From a virus: DNA of 64,000 bases. A program made the translations under genes and the position numbers. Of the stretch, positions 9,602 to 18,299 are shown in pieces; position 1 is the first letter of the stretch, and the number at the start of each line of letters is the position of its first letter. Location of the stretch: the IMG/VR virus record IMGVR_UViG_3300045988_167206, positions 108,686 through 172,685 of that record. One strand, 5' to 3'. A model generated the notes under the pieces. That model did not search any database, had not been told where the DNA came from, and saw nothing but the letters and a program-made list of their open reading frames with translations.

Positions 9602-11656
9602 TTAATCATCAAACATAGATCCAATTCGTCCTTTACGAATAGTAAGAAGCTGCACTAGAGATTTGTCAGCAGTTGGACGTTTCTTATTCGTAATAAATTT
9701 TCTACGCTCACATTGAAGAGCATAAGAGCACATTGCTGTTACATAAGCTCTATCATCATGAAGCTTAGTACGTTTTTCCGGACATAATTCAAAAGAGTCT
9801 TTTCCAGACTCTCGTTTAATACGGATCATATTTACAAGTTCTTCTTTTGTAGCATCAATACTAGCAAGTGATTTTTGTTCTTGCCAGCTTAATTTTTCTA
9901 TTTTACTTTTTACATTTTGTAAATTATTCAAATCCTTCTGAACATTATAATCAATGTCCTCTGGACTCATTTTTTGTTTTTTATATTTAGCTTCAAGCTC
10001 TTTTTTAGCCTTATCATACTTATCTTTGTCGATATCAAAAATAGTAAGATAATCTTTTCCATCATAATCTGCCGTAAACCCAATTTTATCCTGATTCATC
10101 AACTCAATCATTGCTTCATACATTTCTGATTTATATTGAGTAGGAGACATAAGATGAATTTTATTTACTGCATTTGGGAATTTTTTAACATATTCTTCAG
10201 AATATTCTTTATCAATTAAACCACGATGTTTTTTTCCATCTTTACCTTTCCAGTCAGGCATAAGATAATCTGCAATATTTACACCTGCTCCACCAGATCC
10301 AGCATCAATATAAATTCCTAAAATATTGCTATAGGAGTCATCGCCGCCTTGATTATAATCAAGAATAACTTCTTTTAAATAATCAACTTGATCAGGAGTC
10401 TGCATAGGTGTTTTTCGCTTAGTTTCAATATCAATGAGATTAATACAATTTAATAATTTCATTTTGTATTCTGAATCACCATTTTGATCTTTATCTACGT
10501 ATATTTCTGCTACTAAAATAACAGAATTATCTCGACTACGAGCAGGGTCATAAGCTATAACAATTTTTCTCTGTCCGGTATCATTATACAAAATAGGTCT
10601 TCTTATCTCAGAATTCCTTGCAATAACACCTCTTCGAATAATAGCATTTGCTCCAGCGTCAGAAGTGAACTCACAGTAATATTCTCTACGAGCTTTTTCA
10701 GGATTTGAACGCATAGCTGCCTCGACTGTAGATTTCGTAAGAAGCGGAGCCATAACTTGGCCACGAATTGTAGGTCTGAATGCAACTTCACAATCAATAT
10801 GAGCGACAAAATAATCTGGATCGCCCATAAGCTGCCTTTTACTAAAATCTCTATATAACTTATAAAATTCTGTATCTGTAGAAGAAGCAGAAGAGATATA
10901 AAATAATTGGTTTGGAATATTCGATGGAATACATCTTAGACGGTTTATATCAATAGAATTACCATCACGGTCTTTACCAGATTTGAAACTTTTATTAACA
11001 ATTGCGAATGCGCCGTAAGTCTGAAGCATTTCATCAGAAAGCCATCCACATTCATCAAAGATTACATTACCACGCATTCCTCTTTTTTTATCAATATTAC
11101 TATTAAGTGTTTGAGTAAATGCGCCATTATATAAGCTATATGAAAATCCATTAGAAGAGTGGCTAAATCCATCTCCGGCAGCATTCTTTATTTCAATTTC
11201 TGCCTTAAATATATAACCTGTAGAACCAAGCATGGTATCAATATTATCATTCGCAATTCTTTCAAGTGTCGTAAAGGTTTGTTCAGCCTGCGATCCCGAT
11301 CCTGAAGCAATGTATGTCCAATAGTTATTAAATAGCATATCTTTGGCCATTACCATAATATCTATTAGTGTAGATTTTCCAAATCCACGGGTACAAACCA
11401 ATAATACATTTGGACAATTCCAAGATCGTTGAATAATCCATGCCTGAGAATCTAACAATTCAATATTAAAAAAATCATTTATAAAACGTACTGGATTACA
11501 TTGATAATATTTTTGGAGATTTGCAATTTTTATAAAGCCTTCCAGTTTTCTGGACGACATTGGATAAACTCCAGGTTTTACAAAAATCTTATCTCCTTGT
11601 TCGCAATAATCAAGTTTCGGAAGCCGGTTCATCCGTCTCGGATCCATCATCGGCAT
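9602..11656 (-). CDS. terL: terminase large subunit
   Basis: Walker A-like TRGFGKST, Walker B-like VIFDECGW, and a nuclease-domain-like AYDPARSRDNSVILV. 684 aa. Confidence 0.9.
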   Translation of the reverse strand: MPMMDPRRMNRLPKLDYCEQGDKIFVKPGVYPMSSRKLEGFIKIANLQKYYQCNPVRFINDFFNIELLDSQAWIIQRSWNCPNVLLVCTRGFGKSTLIDIMVMAKDMLFNNYWTYIASGSGSQAEQTFTTLERIANDNIDTMLGSTGYIFKAEIEIKNAAGDGFSHSSNGFSYSLYNGAFTQTLNSNIDKKRGMRGNVIFDECGWLSDEMLQTYGAFAIVNKSFKSGKDRDGNSIDINRLRCIPSNIPNQLFYISSASSTDTEFYKLYRDFSKRQLMGDPDYFVAHIDCEVAFRPTIRGQVMAPLLTKSTVEAAMRSNPEKARREYYCEFTSDAGANAIIRRGVIARNSEIRRPILYNDTGQRKIVIAYDPARSRDNSVILVAEIYVDKDQNGDSEYKMKLLNCINLIDIETKRKTPMQTPDQVDYLKEVILDYNQGGDDSYSNILGIYIDAGSGGAGVNIADYLMPDWKGKDGKKHRGLIDKEYSEEYVKKFPNAVNKIHLMSPTQYKSEMYEAMIELMNQDKIGFTADYDGKDYLTIFDIDKDKYDKAKKELEAKYKKQKMSPEDIDYNVQKDLNNLQNVKSKIEKLSWQEQKSLASIDATKEELVNMIRIKRESGKDSFELCPEKRTKLHDDRAYVTAMCSYALQCERRKFITNKKRPTADKSLVQLLTIRKGRIGSMFDD

Positions 11657-12911
11657 CTACCTCATCTTCTAGTGACCCAAAGCAAGAATATAAGTCATTT
11701 AGATCAACTAAATCTGTAGGTTTAATCAATCCTTCTTCTTGCATATAATCTTTGAGATCAATATTTTCACGTAATAAAATACGTGAAATTTCTTTATAAT
11801 TATCTAAATCAGTACGTAAATTTGTGATCATTTGTCGCTGTTCTGCAACCATATCAGACCATTCAGATTCATCTAGACGTAATGCCTTTAATATAGAAGC
11901 ATTACTCATATCCATTACTTGTTGCATGCCTCGACAAGTTCCAATATCAAATCCGTTAACCTCACCTTCGCGAAGATTTAAGTCTTTTATTTTTTTGATT
12001 TTTCCGGTCCATGTATTTTCGCCCTTTTTGGCATTTTTATTATTCTTTAAAGAAATACAGCTTTCAGCTGCCAAATCTTTTATAATAGTAGTTAGATCTT
12101 TTTTACTTTGCTGTAGGGATTTTATTGTAGCAGAATTATTTTTTAATTTATGAATATCAGACATATATGTAGAAATAGCATTGTCAATTTTAGACTGCTG
12201 AAGAAATGCTCGCACAATAGAAATAGCAGAAGCAGTACGCATCATATCATCATTGGCATCTTCACTTGAATCAAGAAGTCCAAGTAATTGAGAATATAAA
12301 AACGGCTGATCAGAAATAGCTTCTTTTTCGAATGGATCATAGCCAAGCAATCGAACTACATCATTTTTATTTTTCGTAAAACTACTATATGTATCCTGAT
12401 TTTCACGACCTTTTACCACATCGTCTGTAGTTTTTTCATCTTCATATACAATTTTTTCTTTGAATAAGTCAGAATCAGAAAATGTGTATCCGATATATTG
12501 TGGCATCGAAACATTTTTTATATACGAAGTCCAAGCATTTGTTTTGGATTTTCCTGTGATAGAATTTTCTGATTCTTGAATACTAGAATTGTAAAGACTT
12601 TCATAGAATGGTTTATTTAGATATCTGAGAGCTTGAATAATAGATTCTTTTGTTGGTTCATGTTCTTCACCATTAACATCAATTCGTAATGCAATTTTTC
12701 TTGCACAATCCATGCAAATTGGAGAACATCCTGATTCACATAACGGATCGGTATTTTTATAAAATTTATCTTTTTTTTTAGGTTTTCCACATAGAAAACA
12801 CCAAGCAGTGTTTTCTTTATAATTATTATTTTCGATTTCTAATTCTTTAATTCGGTTTCTCATTTGGGTCGGAGTCATCTTGACTTGCCCAGTTTCTTTT
12901 GTTGCTGCCAT
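11610..12911 (-). CDS. Cys-rich (zinc-ribbon-like) coiled-coil protein; positional candidate for small terminase/DNA-recognition subunit
   Basis: 433 aa with CFLCGKP...CESGCSPICMDC near the N-terminus. Directly upstream of terL and overlapping it. Confidence 0.6.
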   Translation of the reverse strand: MAATKETGQVKMTPTQMRNRIKELEIENNNYKENTAWCFLCGKPKKKDKFYKNTDPLCESGCSPICMDCARKIALRIDVNGEEHEPTKESIIQALRYLNKPFYESLYNSSIQESENSITGKSKTNAWTSYIKNVSMPQYIGYTFSDSDLFKEKIVYEDEKTTDDVVKGRENQDTYSSFTKNKNDVVRLLGYDPFEKEAISDQPFLYSQLLGLLDSSEDANDDMMRTASAISIVRAFLQQSKIDNAISTYMSDIHKLKNNSATIKSLQQSKKDLTTIIKDLAAESCISLKNNKNAKKGENTWTGKIKKIKDLNLREGEVNGFDIGTCRGMQQVMDMSNASILKALRLDESEWSDMVAEQRQMITNLRTDLDNYKEISRILLRENIDLKDYMQEEGLIKPTDLVDLNDLYSCFGSLEDEVDADDGSETDEPASET

Positions 12912-12935
12912 AACAACTCCTCCTTGTATTCGTAA

Positions 12936-13010
12936 TGGATATAGTAGGACTCGAACCTACAAAAGCCTGATCCTAAGTCAGGTGCGTCTGCCAAATTGCG
13001 CCATACATCC
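12936..13010 (-). tRNA. tRNA, anticodon UAG (Leu by anticodon), class I body with short variable loop
   Basis: Hand-folded cloverleaf. Acceptor GGATGTA/TATATCC, T arm GTAGG-TTCGAGT-CCTAC, anticodon arm CCTGA-CUUAGGA-TCAGG, 5-nt variable loop, A73. Confidence 0.8.
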
Positions 13011-13084
13011 AGAGAAGGACAGTAAAGACTGTCCTGTAAAGAAATGTATAATATAAGCAGCAACGCCACTCGTATTATTTAAAT

Positions 13085-14272
13085 TTAATTTAATTTATAT
13101 TTATGTTCGTCAACAATACCATCGGTTTTATCAAATACAAACATTGATGCACCGGCATTAGCTGTTTTTCCAAGAGTCTCACTATATGGATTAAGTCCAA
13201 TTATAGATCGAACACTTATTGCTTCTGAATTTACTCCACCTTCTTCTGAAAATGAAGAGTGCCAATGTCCACTAAATAAATAATCAAATGGTACTTTATA
13301 CATTTTTGATAAAGATTTTAACTTGTCATTTAACTGCTTAGTCTCAAAATGTCCACCAATACAAGTGTGGCAAGCAAGTTGCGAATAAGCTAATCCTGTT
13401 GGATTTTCAATAATAGTGATATTATCATTGCCTTTTAATCTAGCTTTAATTAAGGTAAGCATGGATTTACTCATATCCTCATCCTTAAATGCGTCTTTTG
13501 GCTGCCCAACTAAGCGTAGCTGATTATGATTTGACCTTTTTACCATCTGAAATTTGATAATTACATGTTTACTTAATTCATTGAGCCATTCTGAAATAAA
13601 ATTTGCATACAAAATAGAAGAGTCGATAACTCCATATTTTAGAGTCATAAGCTGTGAATTAGCCCTTAAAATTCCTTCTAAAGCATCACCAAGATCCCAA
13701 ATATGTAAAACCTTAATATCGTCTTTATCAATTTGCTCTACTACTTTATAATATAATTCCCACATTCGTTGCTCAAAAATTTCAGGGCTATATTTATTAA
13801 GTGTATACCCGTAAATATCTTTAATATCAAATTCAACGCCATAATGTGCGTCAGAAATAACTAATAAATAATCTTTACTGGTTACAAAAGGTTTAGTGAT
13901 TATATTTTTAGGTAATGTAACAGGTTTAATTTTTTCAATCGCTTCAACAATTTTTTCCGTAATTAATTCATCACGAGAGTATTCTCGTAACCATTTATTA
14001 AATTCTAATTTTTCACTCTGAAGTTTAATGCGTTCTTTTTTAATAGCTAATTCTTCAGGTAAAGTTGAAATAGAAGAGGATGGGACAATATCCCATCCTG
14101 CATCTACATATTCTAATAATAATTTTGATCCTTTTCGTACAGTATCACGGTGTTCTGTTTCTCCAAGTGCATCTGCTCTAAAATCAGTTATATCTTGCCA
14201 TTCAATTGAAGGATCTATTTGTTTACGCTTAATTAAATCAAGCTGTTGCTGTAAAAATTGATTGTTATCCAT
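13085..14272 (-). CDS. calcineurin-like metallophosphoesterase
   Basis: Ordered motifs SDAHYG (DxH), LGDALEG (GDxxE), SNHNQ (GNH-like), GGH and GHWH. Confidence 0.75.
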   Translation of the reverse strand: MDNNQFLQQQLDLIKRKQIDPSIEWQDITDFRADALGETEHRDTVRKGSKLLLEYVDAGWDIVPSSSISTLPEELAIKKERIKLQSEKLEFNKWLREYSRDELITEKIVEAIEKIKPVTLPKNIITKPFVTSKDYLLVISDAHYGVEFDIKDIYGYTLNKYSPEIFEQRMWELYYKVVEQIDKDDIKVLHIWDLGDALEGILRANSQLMTLKYGVIDSSILYANFISEWLNELSKHVIIKFQMVKRSNHNQLRLVGQPKDAFKDEDMSKSMLTLIKARLKGNDNITIIENPTGLAYSQLACHTCIGGHFETKQLNDKLKSLSKMYKVPFDYLFSGHWHSSFSEEGGVNSEAISVRSIIGLNPYSETLGKTANAGASMFVFDKTDGIVDEHKYKLN

Positions 14273-14280
14273 ATTTCTCC

Positions 14281-14529
14281 TTAAAGTTTCATTCCATCGG
14301 TTGCAGATCCAGAGATTTCATCCAGATCAATAGTTTCTTCTGTTTTAGTAGTAGTAGATAAGTCAAAAGGCATATCTCCATAAGCCTTTTTAAAAATTTC
14401 ATTGATGTCGATAATTTCACCTGTACTATCAACAAGCTGATCATCTACCACATGTAGTCCTTTAAGTTTTCCATCGTATTTTACAGTTTTTTTTAATTCC
14501 ATTATTTTTCTCCTTTTATTCCTTGACAT
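14281..14529 (-). CDS. hypothetical protein
   Basis: 82-aa ORF with a GGAGAA-type SD upstream. Confidence 0.5.
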   Translation of the reverse strand: MSRNKRRKIMELKKTVKYDGKLKGLHVVDDQLVDSTGEIIDINEIFKKAYGDMPFDLSTTTKTEETIDLDEISGSATDGMKL

Positions 14530-14584
14530 ATTGAAATAATCAATATAAAATGTTATTAGTGAAAGTTTACAATAAAATGTCTTA

Positions 14585-15187
14585 TTAAAGAATATCGTCT
14601 AATTCAAGATCCTGGCCAATAATTCCATCGACAATTCCACGTTCTTTAGCTTCTTCAGCAAACATATAATATTCACGATCCTTAATTTCTTCAAGAAATT
14701 CTGCAGTCATATTTGAATGTTCGATCATAAACTTATTCATACGCTCTTCAAGTGTGTCATAGAATTTCTGAATATCTTTTCCTTTATTTGAAGAGCTGAT
14801 GTATCCTGTTTGTCCATCATGATGAAGAACTACGGTTCCCGGGAAACAATATCTTTTATGTCCAGCTGCTAAAATATAACAAGCCATAGAAGCACACCTT
14901 GCAAAACCTATTGTTACAATAGGTGTTTTAGACGTACAGATAGTACCTAATACCTGATAACCACATACGACATCACCGCCGCAGGAATTAATATATATAT
15001 AAATTTTTTTTCGTTTACTAATAGGAATATCTTTATCTTCTTTATTCCATTTCATAATCATAAGACATACATTTTCAATGACATTATCATCGATATCCTC
15101 ATTCAAAATGATTTTACGTTCATTTAAATGTTCTTTTATAATAGCATCATAAATGCAATCATCATCTTTTAATGTAAATAATTCCAT
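14585..15187 (-). CDS. ClpP-family serine protease
   Basis: INSCGGDV...GFARCASMACYILAAG...VLHHDG parallels the ClpP signature INSPGG...AASMG...HQP. Start moved to ATG 15187 (GGAGAA 8 nt upstream); the track start at 15232 has no SD. Confidence 0.7.
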   Translation of the reverse strand: MELFTLKDDDCIYDAIIKEHLNERKIILNEDIDDNVIENVCLMIMKWNKEDKDIPISKRKKIYIYINSCGGDVVCGYQVLGTICTSKTPIVTIGFARCASMACYILAAGHKRYCFPGTVVLHHDGQTGYISSSNKGKDIQKFYDTLEERMNKFMIEHSNMTAEFLEEIKDREYYMFAEEAKERGIVDGIIGQDLELDDIL

Positions 15188-15218
15188 TTTATTTTCTCCA
15201 TGTTTTCCTAAATATATT

Positions 15219-16664
15219 TTATAATGCAACAACCATATCTTTAACAGAAGCGACTACTTTAAATGTTTTATCTTCTTTTGATATGGCATCTTTCAAATCT
15301 TTTTTTAAACTATTTTTTGCTACTTCAGATCCATGTACTAAAATCAATTTTTCTGTATTAATTTTAGATCCATATGTAATAAGTTCATTTCGATTTGCAT
15401 GACTTGAAAATGTTCCAAGCGATATACAATCTGCTTTATTTTCAACACCATCTCCACTGATCTTTATAATTTTGTTTTCCTTATAGTTTTTTATTCTATA
15501 AGACAAATAAGAGTTGTCGGATCCAGTGTATCCACTAAAAATAACCATACTATTTTCATCGCTGAGATATTCATGTAAATAAGATAAAATACGTCCGTTT
15601 GTACAAAATCCAGAACTACTTAATATAATTTTAGGCCGATGATCTTTTACAATTGCCAAAGAGTCTTCTTTTTCACGAATAAAATGAACTTTATTCCATC
15701 CTACAACTTTATTCCATAGTTTTAACTCTTCTTCAGATAAAAGAGTAGAGTATAAGTCACAAATATCACATGATAATATAGAATCAACTATAATATCGTA
15801 ATTAAATGAAATATCATGATAGATATTGTACAAATTAGTAAGAATTTCTTGAGTCCTACTAAAACTAAAGCATGGCATAATAACAGATCCACCACGTTCA
15901 GTTACGGTATCAATCGCAGTTTTTAAATGATCCAAATCGAATTTTCGAGTCTTTTTATTTATTCGTCCTGGTTCTCCATATGTAGATTCCATAATTGTAA
16001 TTTTGTTAAAATCTGTTGGAATTTCTGTATTATGAACATAATGATTTTTGGTATTTAAAGAACCAATATCAGAAGTGTATAAAATAGATTTTGAAACACC
16101 ATTTTGATCTCGAAGCGTAAGCTGAAGCTGTCTAGCTCCAACACAATGACTATTCTCATACCATTTAAAAGAAACAATATCGTCAAGAATATACTGTATA
16201 TGTAACTCATCATATTCAACAATATATTTCAAAGTATTCATAACATCATTTTCTTCATAGATAGGAGAGTAGTTTCGTTTATATTTAAATGATAAGGCGT
16301 TTGCTTCACTAAATAAAATAAAAGCACAGTTATAAAGTAAAGGCTTCATAAGTTGTGCAGTAGCGTGTGAAGCGATAATTTTTCCAGTAAATCCTTCTTT
16401 AACTAATCTTGGTAGCAACCCAATATGATCAACATGAGTATGGCCAACAAACACATAATCAATTTCAGAAGGCTTAAAAGGAAATTTGGCAGAGTTTATA
16501 TTATATGATTCAAGATAATTGTTATTTTGGTAAAGACCGCATTCCAATAAAATCTTTTTTCCATTAAACTTAATATAAATACAACTGCCGGTAACATCGT
16601 TGGCATTTTGTCCAATTAAATAAATGCCATCGTCTTTTTTCTTTTTGCTGATATCCAACACCAA
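15219..16664 (-). CDS. metallo-beta-lactamase fold beta-CASP nuclease (RNase J/CPSF-like)
   Basis: HxHxDH motif (VGHTHVDHIG). Beta-CASP-type FSSHANRNEL and LILVHGSE motifs near the C-terminus. Apparent TTG/GTG start. Confidence 0.8.
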   Translation of the reverse strand: MVLDISKKKKDDGIYLIGQNANDVTGSCIYIKFNGKKILLECGLYQNNNYLESYNINSAKFPFKPSEIDYVFVGHTHVDHIGLLPRLVKEGFTGKIIASHATAQLMKPLLYNCAFILFSEANALSFKYKRNYSPIYEENDVMNTLKYIVEYDELHIQYILDDIVSFKWYENSHCVGARQLQLTLRDQNGVSKSILYTSDIGSLNTKNHYVHNTEIPTDFNKITIMESTYGEPGRINKKTRKFDLDHLKTAIDTVTERGGSVIMPCFSFSRTQEILTNLYNIYHDISFNYDIIVDSILSCDICDLYSTLLSEEELKLWNKVVGWNKVHFIREKEDSLAIVKDHRPKIILSSSGFCTNGRILSYLHEYLSDENSMVIFSGYTGSDNSYLSYRIKNYKENKIIKISGDGVENKADCISLGTFSSHANRNELITYGSKINTEKLILVHGSEVAKNSLKKDLKDAISKEDKTFKVVASVKDMVVAL

Positions 16665-16686
16665 CTTTCAGTATATTTAACATATA

Positions 16687-16899
16687 TTAAAAACGAAAAT
16701 CTTGTTTGTTTTTGCTTTTATAAAGATCAGTCTGGTGTCTGGATTTTCTATAATCATTTAGAAGCTGCACACTTCTATATCGAGTAGTTAACCAGTATTT
16801 CTTTCCTCTACTTTTATGAGTTTTACTTGTAACGTGTACATCGAATCCTCGTCCTTTTGAACGTAGATATTCTGCTTCTTTTGAAGTAATAGTAATCAA
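16687..16899 (-). CDS. hypothetical basic protein
   Basis: 70-aa K/R-rich ORF with an AGTGAGGAA SD upstream. Confidence 0.5.
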   Translation of the reverse strand: MITITSKEAEYLRSKGRGFDVHVTSKTHKSRGKKYWLTTRYRSVQLLNDYRKSRHQTDLYKSKNKQDFRF

Positions 16900-16943
16900 A
16901 TTTATTTCCTCACTTTTAAATTATTTCTCCAATCAGGAGATAA

Positions 16944-17026
16944 TGGGAAGTGATGGAGTTGAACCACCCGAGTCTTTCGACAACAGATTTACAGTCTGCC
17001 CCGCTACCCCTACGGTATAACTTCCC
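16944..17026 (-). tRNA. tRNA-Tyr (GUA)
   Basis: Acceptor GGGAAGT/ACTTCCC, anticodon loop CUGUAAA, long variable arm, T loop TTCAACT. Confidence 0.85.
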
Positions 17027-17174
17027 TTGTTTTCTTTACTTTTTCATCTTGGCTGAGGATTTGTGCCCTCCAACCAAAGATATAGTCTGTGTACTTTAGA
17101 CTGCCATTTACTTTACACTCTAAATGGTCAAAACGTAACCGAGGCTGCTGGCGCGACCAGTGCATGTCAGTTAA

Positions 17175-17246
17175 CACACCCTCAAGGACTCGAACCCTGT
17201 TCTACGGTTTTGGAGACCGTCATAATACCACATATACCAAAGGTGC
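17175..17246 (-). tRNA. tRNA-Trp (CCA)
   Basis: Anticodon arm ACGGT-CUCCAAA-ACCGT, T arm CAGGG-TTCGAGT-CCTTG, acceptor GCACCTT/AGGGTGT (G1-U72 wobble). Confidence 0.8.
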
Positions 17247-17255
17247 AAAAAAATA

Positions 17256-17337
17256 ACGCCGTGCACACGATTCGAACGTGCAAGTCCTTTCAGACCAACA
17301 GTTTTCAAGACTGCTCCCTCACCACCCGGACACACGG
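17256..17337 (-). tRNA. tRNA-Ser (UGA)
   Basis: Acceptor GCCGTGT/GCACGGC, anticodon loop CUUGAAA, long variable arm, T loop TTCGAAT. Confidence 0.85.
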
Positions 17338-17347
17338 CATAATAAAG

Positions 17348-17420
17348 CTGAAATAGAGACTTGAACTCTAAACCTGCTGATTACAAATCAGCTGCTCTGC
17401 CAATTGAGCTATTCCAGCAA
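17348..17420 (-). tRNA. tRNA-Thr (UGU)
   Basis: GCTGGAA-TA-GCTC-AATTGGCA-GAGC; anticodon arm GCTGA-UUUGUAA-TCAGC; T arm TAGAG-TTCAAGT-CTCTA. Confidence 0.9.
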
Positions 17421-17484
17421 AATCCGTCTTTCCGGATTGTCAGACCGAGATACCAGTCATTTACTAATTAAATTTTAAACTTGC

Positions 17485-17513
17485 TTGACAAAAATATCCA
17501 ATAATGGTATTAT
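17485..17513 (+). promoter_or_regulatory. sigma-70-like promoter (TTGACA-17 nt-TATTAT)
   Basis: Consensus -35 TTGACA at 17485-17490, 17-nt spacer, TATTAT at 17508-17513. Faces the opposite way to the surrounding tRNA genes. Confidence 0.65.
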
Positions 17514-17675
17514 CCCATTCGTTAGAGGTCGAGAATCCCAAAAGGATTCATAGGAAGATAGTGCAAACTGGACTCCGTGGTAAACCAAGCAATATACAAC
17601 GGTTATTATACGGCCGCCTTTATGGGCAGATTTTAGCTCATGTGCCTCCAATCGGTAGGAGAGGAGGTTTTTACT

Positions 17676-17756
17676 ATGAATGATTATATTACATATATTA
17701 TTCTAGGACTTGATGCACTCGTATGGGTGCTGAAGGTTATTAAAACATTTTGTTAA
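17676..17756 (+). CDS. 26-aa hydrophobic peptide MNDYITYIILGLDALVWVLKVIKTFC (type I toxin-like)
   Basis: ATG preceded by GGAGAGGAGG. An upstream CCTCC (17645-17649) can pair with the SD. Single predicted TM helix with a basic tail. Own promoter and terminator. Confidence 0.55.
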   Translation: MNDYITYIILGLDALVWVLKVIKTFC

Positions 17757-17816
17757 TTTCTTGTTGTTGAGCTTGGCGGGATAATAATTCCATTATTGGA
17801 TTAATCATAGTAGTAG

Positions 17817-17852
17817 AAGCTGCATCCTGCAGCTTCTTTCTTTGTGTTTTTT
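17817..17852 (+). terminator. rho-independent terminator
   Basis: GAAGCTGCA-tcc-TGCAGCTTC stem followed by TTTCTTTGTGTTTTTT. Confidence 0.8.
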
Positions 17853-17947
17853 GATATGCTCCCAATCTAAAAGACCTGAGGTCTCCCAGGAAGGATTTTC
17901 ACCTTCGAGTTCCCAGCATGGTGGGCGGTAACTGTTCATATCTTTAA

Positions 17948-18032
17948 CGCAAAGCAGAGTATTCGAAACTCAATCCAATAAAGGATCGCATGACTTAGCA
18001 GGTCAGCTCCGTGCCTCACGGATTTACTTTGC
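17948..18032 (-). tRNA. tRNA-Ser (GCU)
   Basis: Acceptor GCAAAGT/GCTTTGC, anticodon loop CUGCUAA, long variable arm (ATCC-TTTATT-GGAT), T loop TTCGAAT. Confidence 0.8.
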
Positions 18033-18100
18033 AATTTTAAAGGAGAGGGAGGATAAAACCTCCCCAGAAAAAAGAAAGAGGTAGTAACTATAACAAATCA

Positions 18101-18129
18101 ACAAAAAAATATTGAGTGTAAAACACTCA
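18101..18129 (-). terminator. rho-independent terminator inside the tRNA array
   Basis: On the minus strand, TGAGTGT-TTT-ACACTCA then ATATTTTTTTG, immediately after the 3' end of tRNA-Leu(UAA). Confidence 0.65.
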
Positions 18130-18215
18130 GTGCTATCTGTGGGACTCGAACCCACACTTCGTGTTTCAGAAACAGGATTTTAAGTCCTGTGCGCCTGCCA
18201 GTTACGCCAAGATAG
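18130..18215 (-). tRNA. tRNA-Leu (UAA)
   Basis: Acceptor GCTATCT/AGATAGC, anticodon arm CAGGA-CUUAAAA-TCCTG, long variable arm, T arm GTGGG-TTCGAGT-CCCAC, A73. Confidence 0.9.
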
Positions 18216-18226
18216 CATTTATTTAT

Positions 18227-18299
18227 AAGCACTATATGAGAGTCGAACTCATATCATCTGATTGGAAGTCAGATATCATGTTCCGTTAAACCAATAGTG
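18227..18299 (-). tRNA. tRNA-Gly (UCC)
   Basis: Acceptor GCACTAT/ATAGTGC, anticodon arm TCTGA-CUUCCAA-TCAGA, T arm ATGAG-TTCGACT-CTCAT. Confidence 0.85.

Noticed and set aside
12936-13010. Amber suppressor tRNA (the plus-strand reading of this locus shows a CTA triplet in the loop)
   Set aside because: Only the minus-strand reading gives a canonical T loop (TTCGAGT) and U33. On that strand the anticodon is UAG (reads CUA), not CUA.
14585-15187. ClpP-family gene as the prohead maturation protease
   Set aside because: This is possible but unsupported. It lies outside the portal-scaffold-capsid block and is separated from it by the terminase genes, a tRNA and a phosphoesterase. It is left as a generic ClpP-family protease.
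17853-17947. Possible additional tRNA between the toxin terminator and tRNA-Ser(GCU)
   Set aside because: It contains TTCGAG and a GAAGG/CCTTC hairpin, but no acceptor, D or anticodon arms could be formed on either strand.
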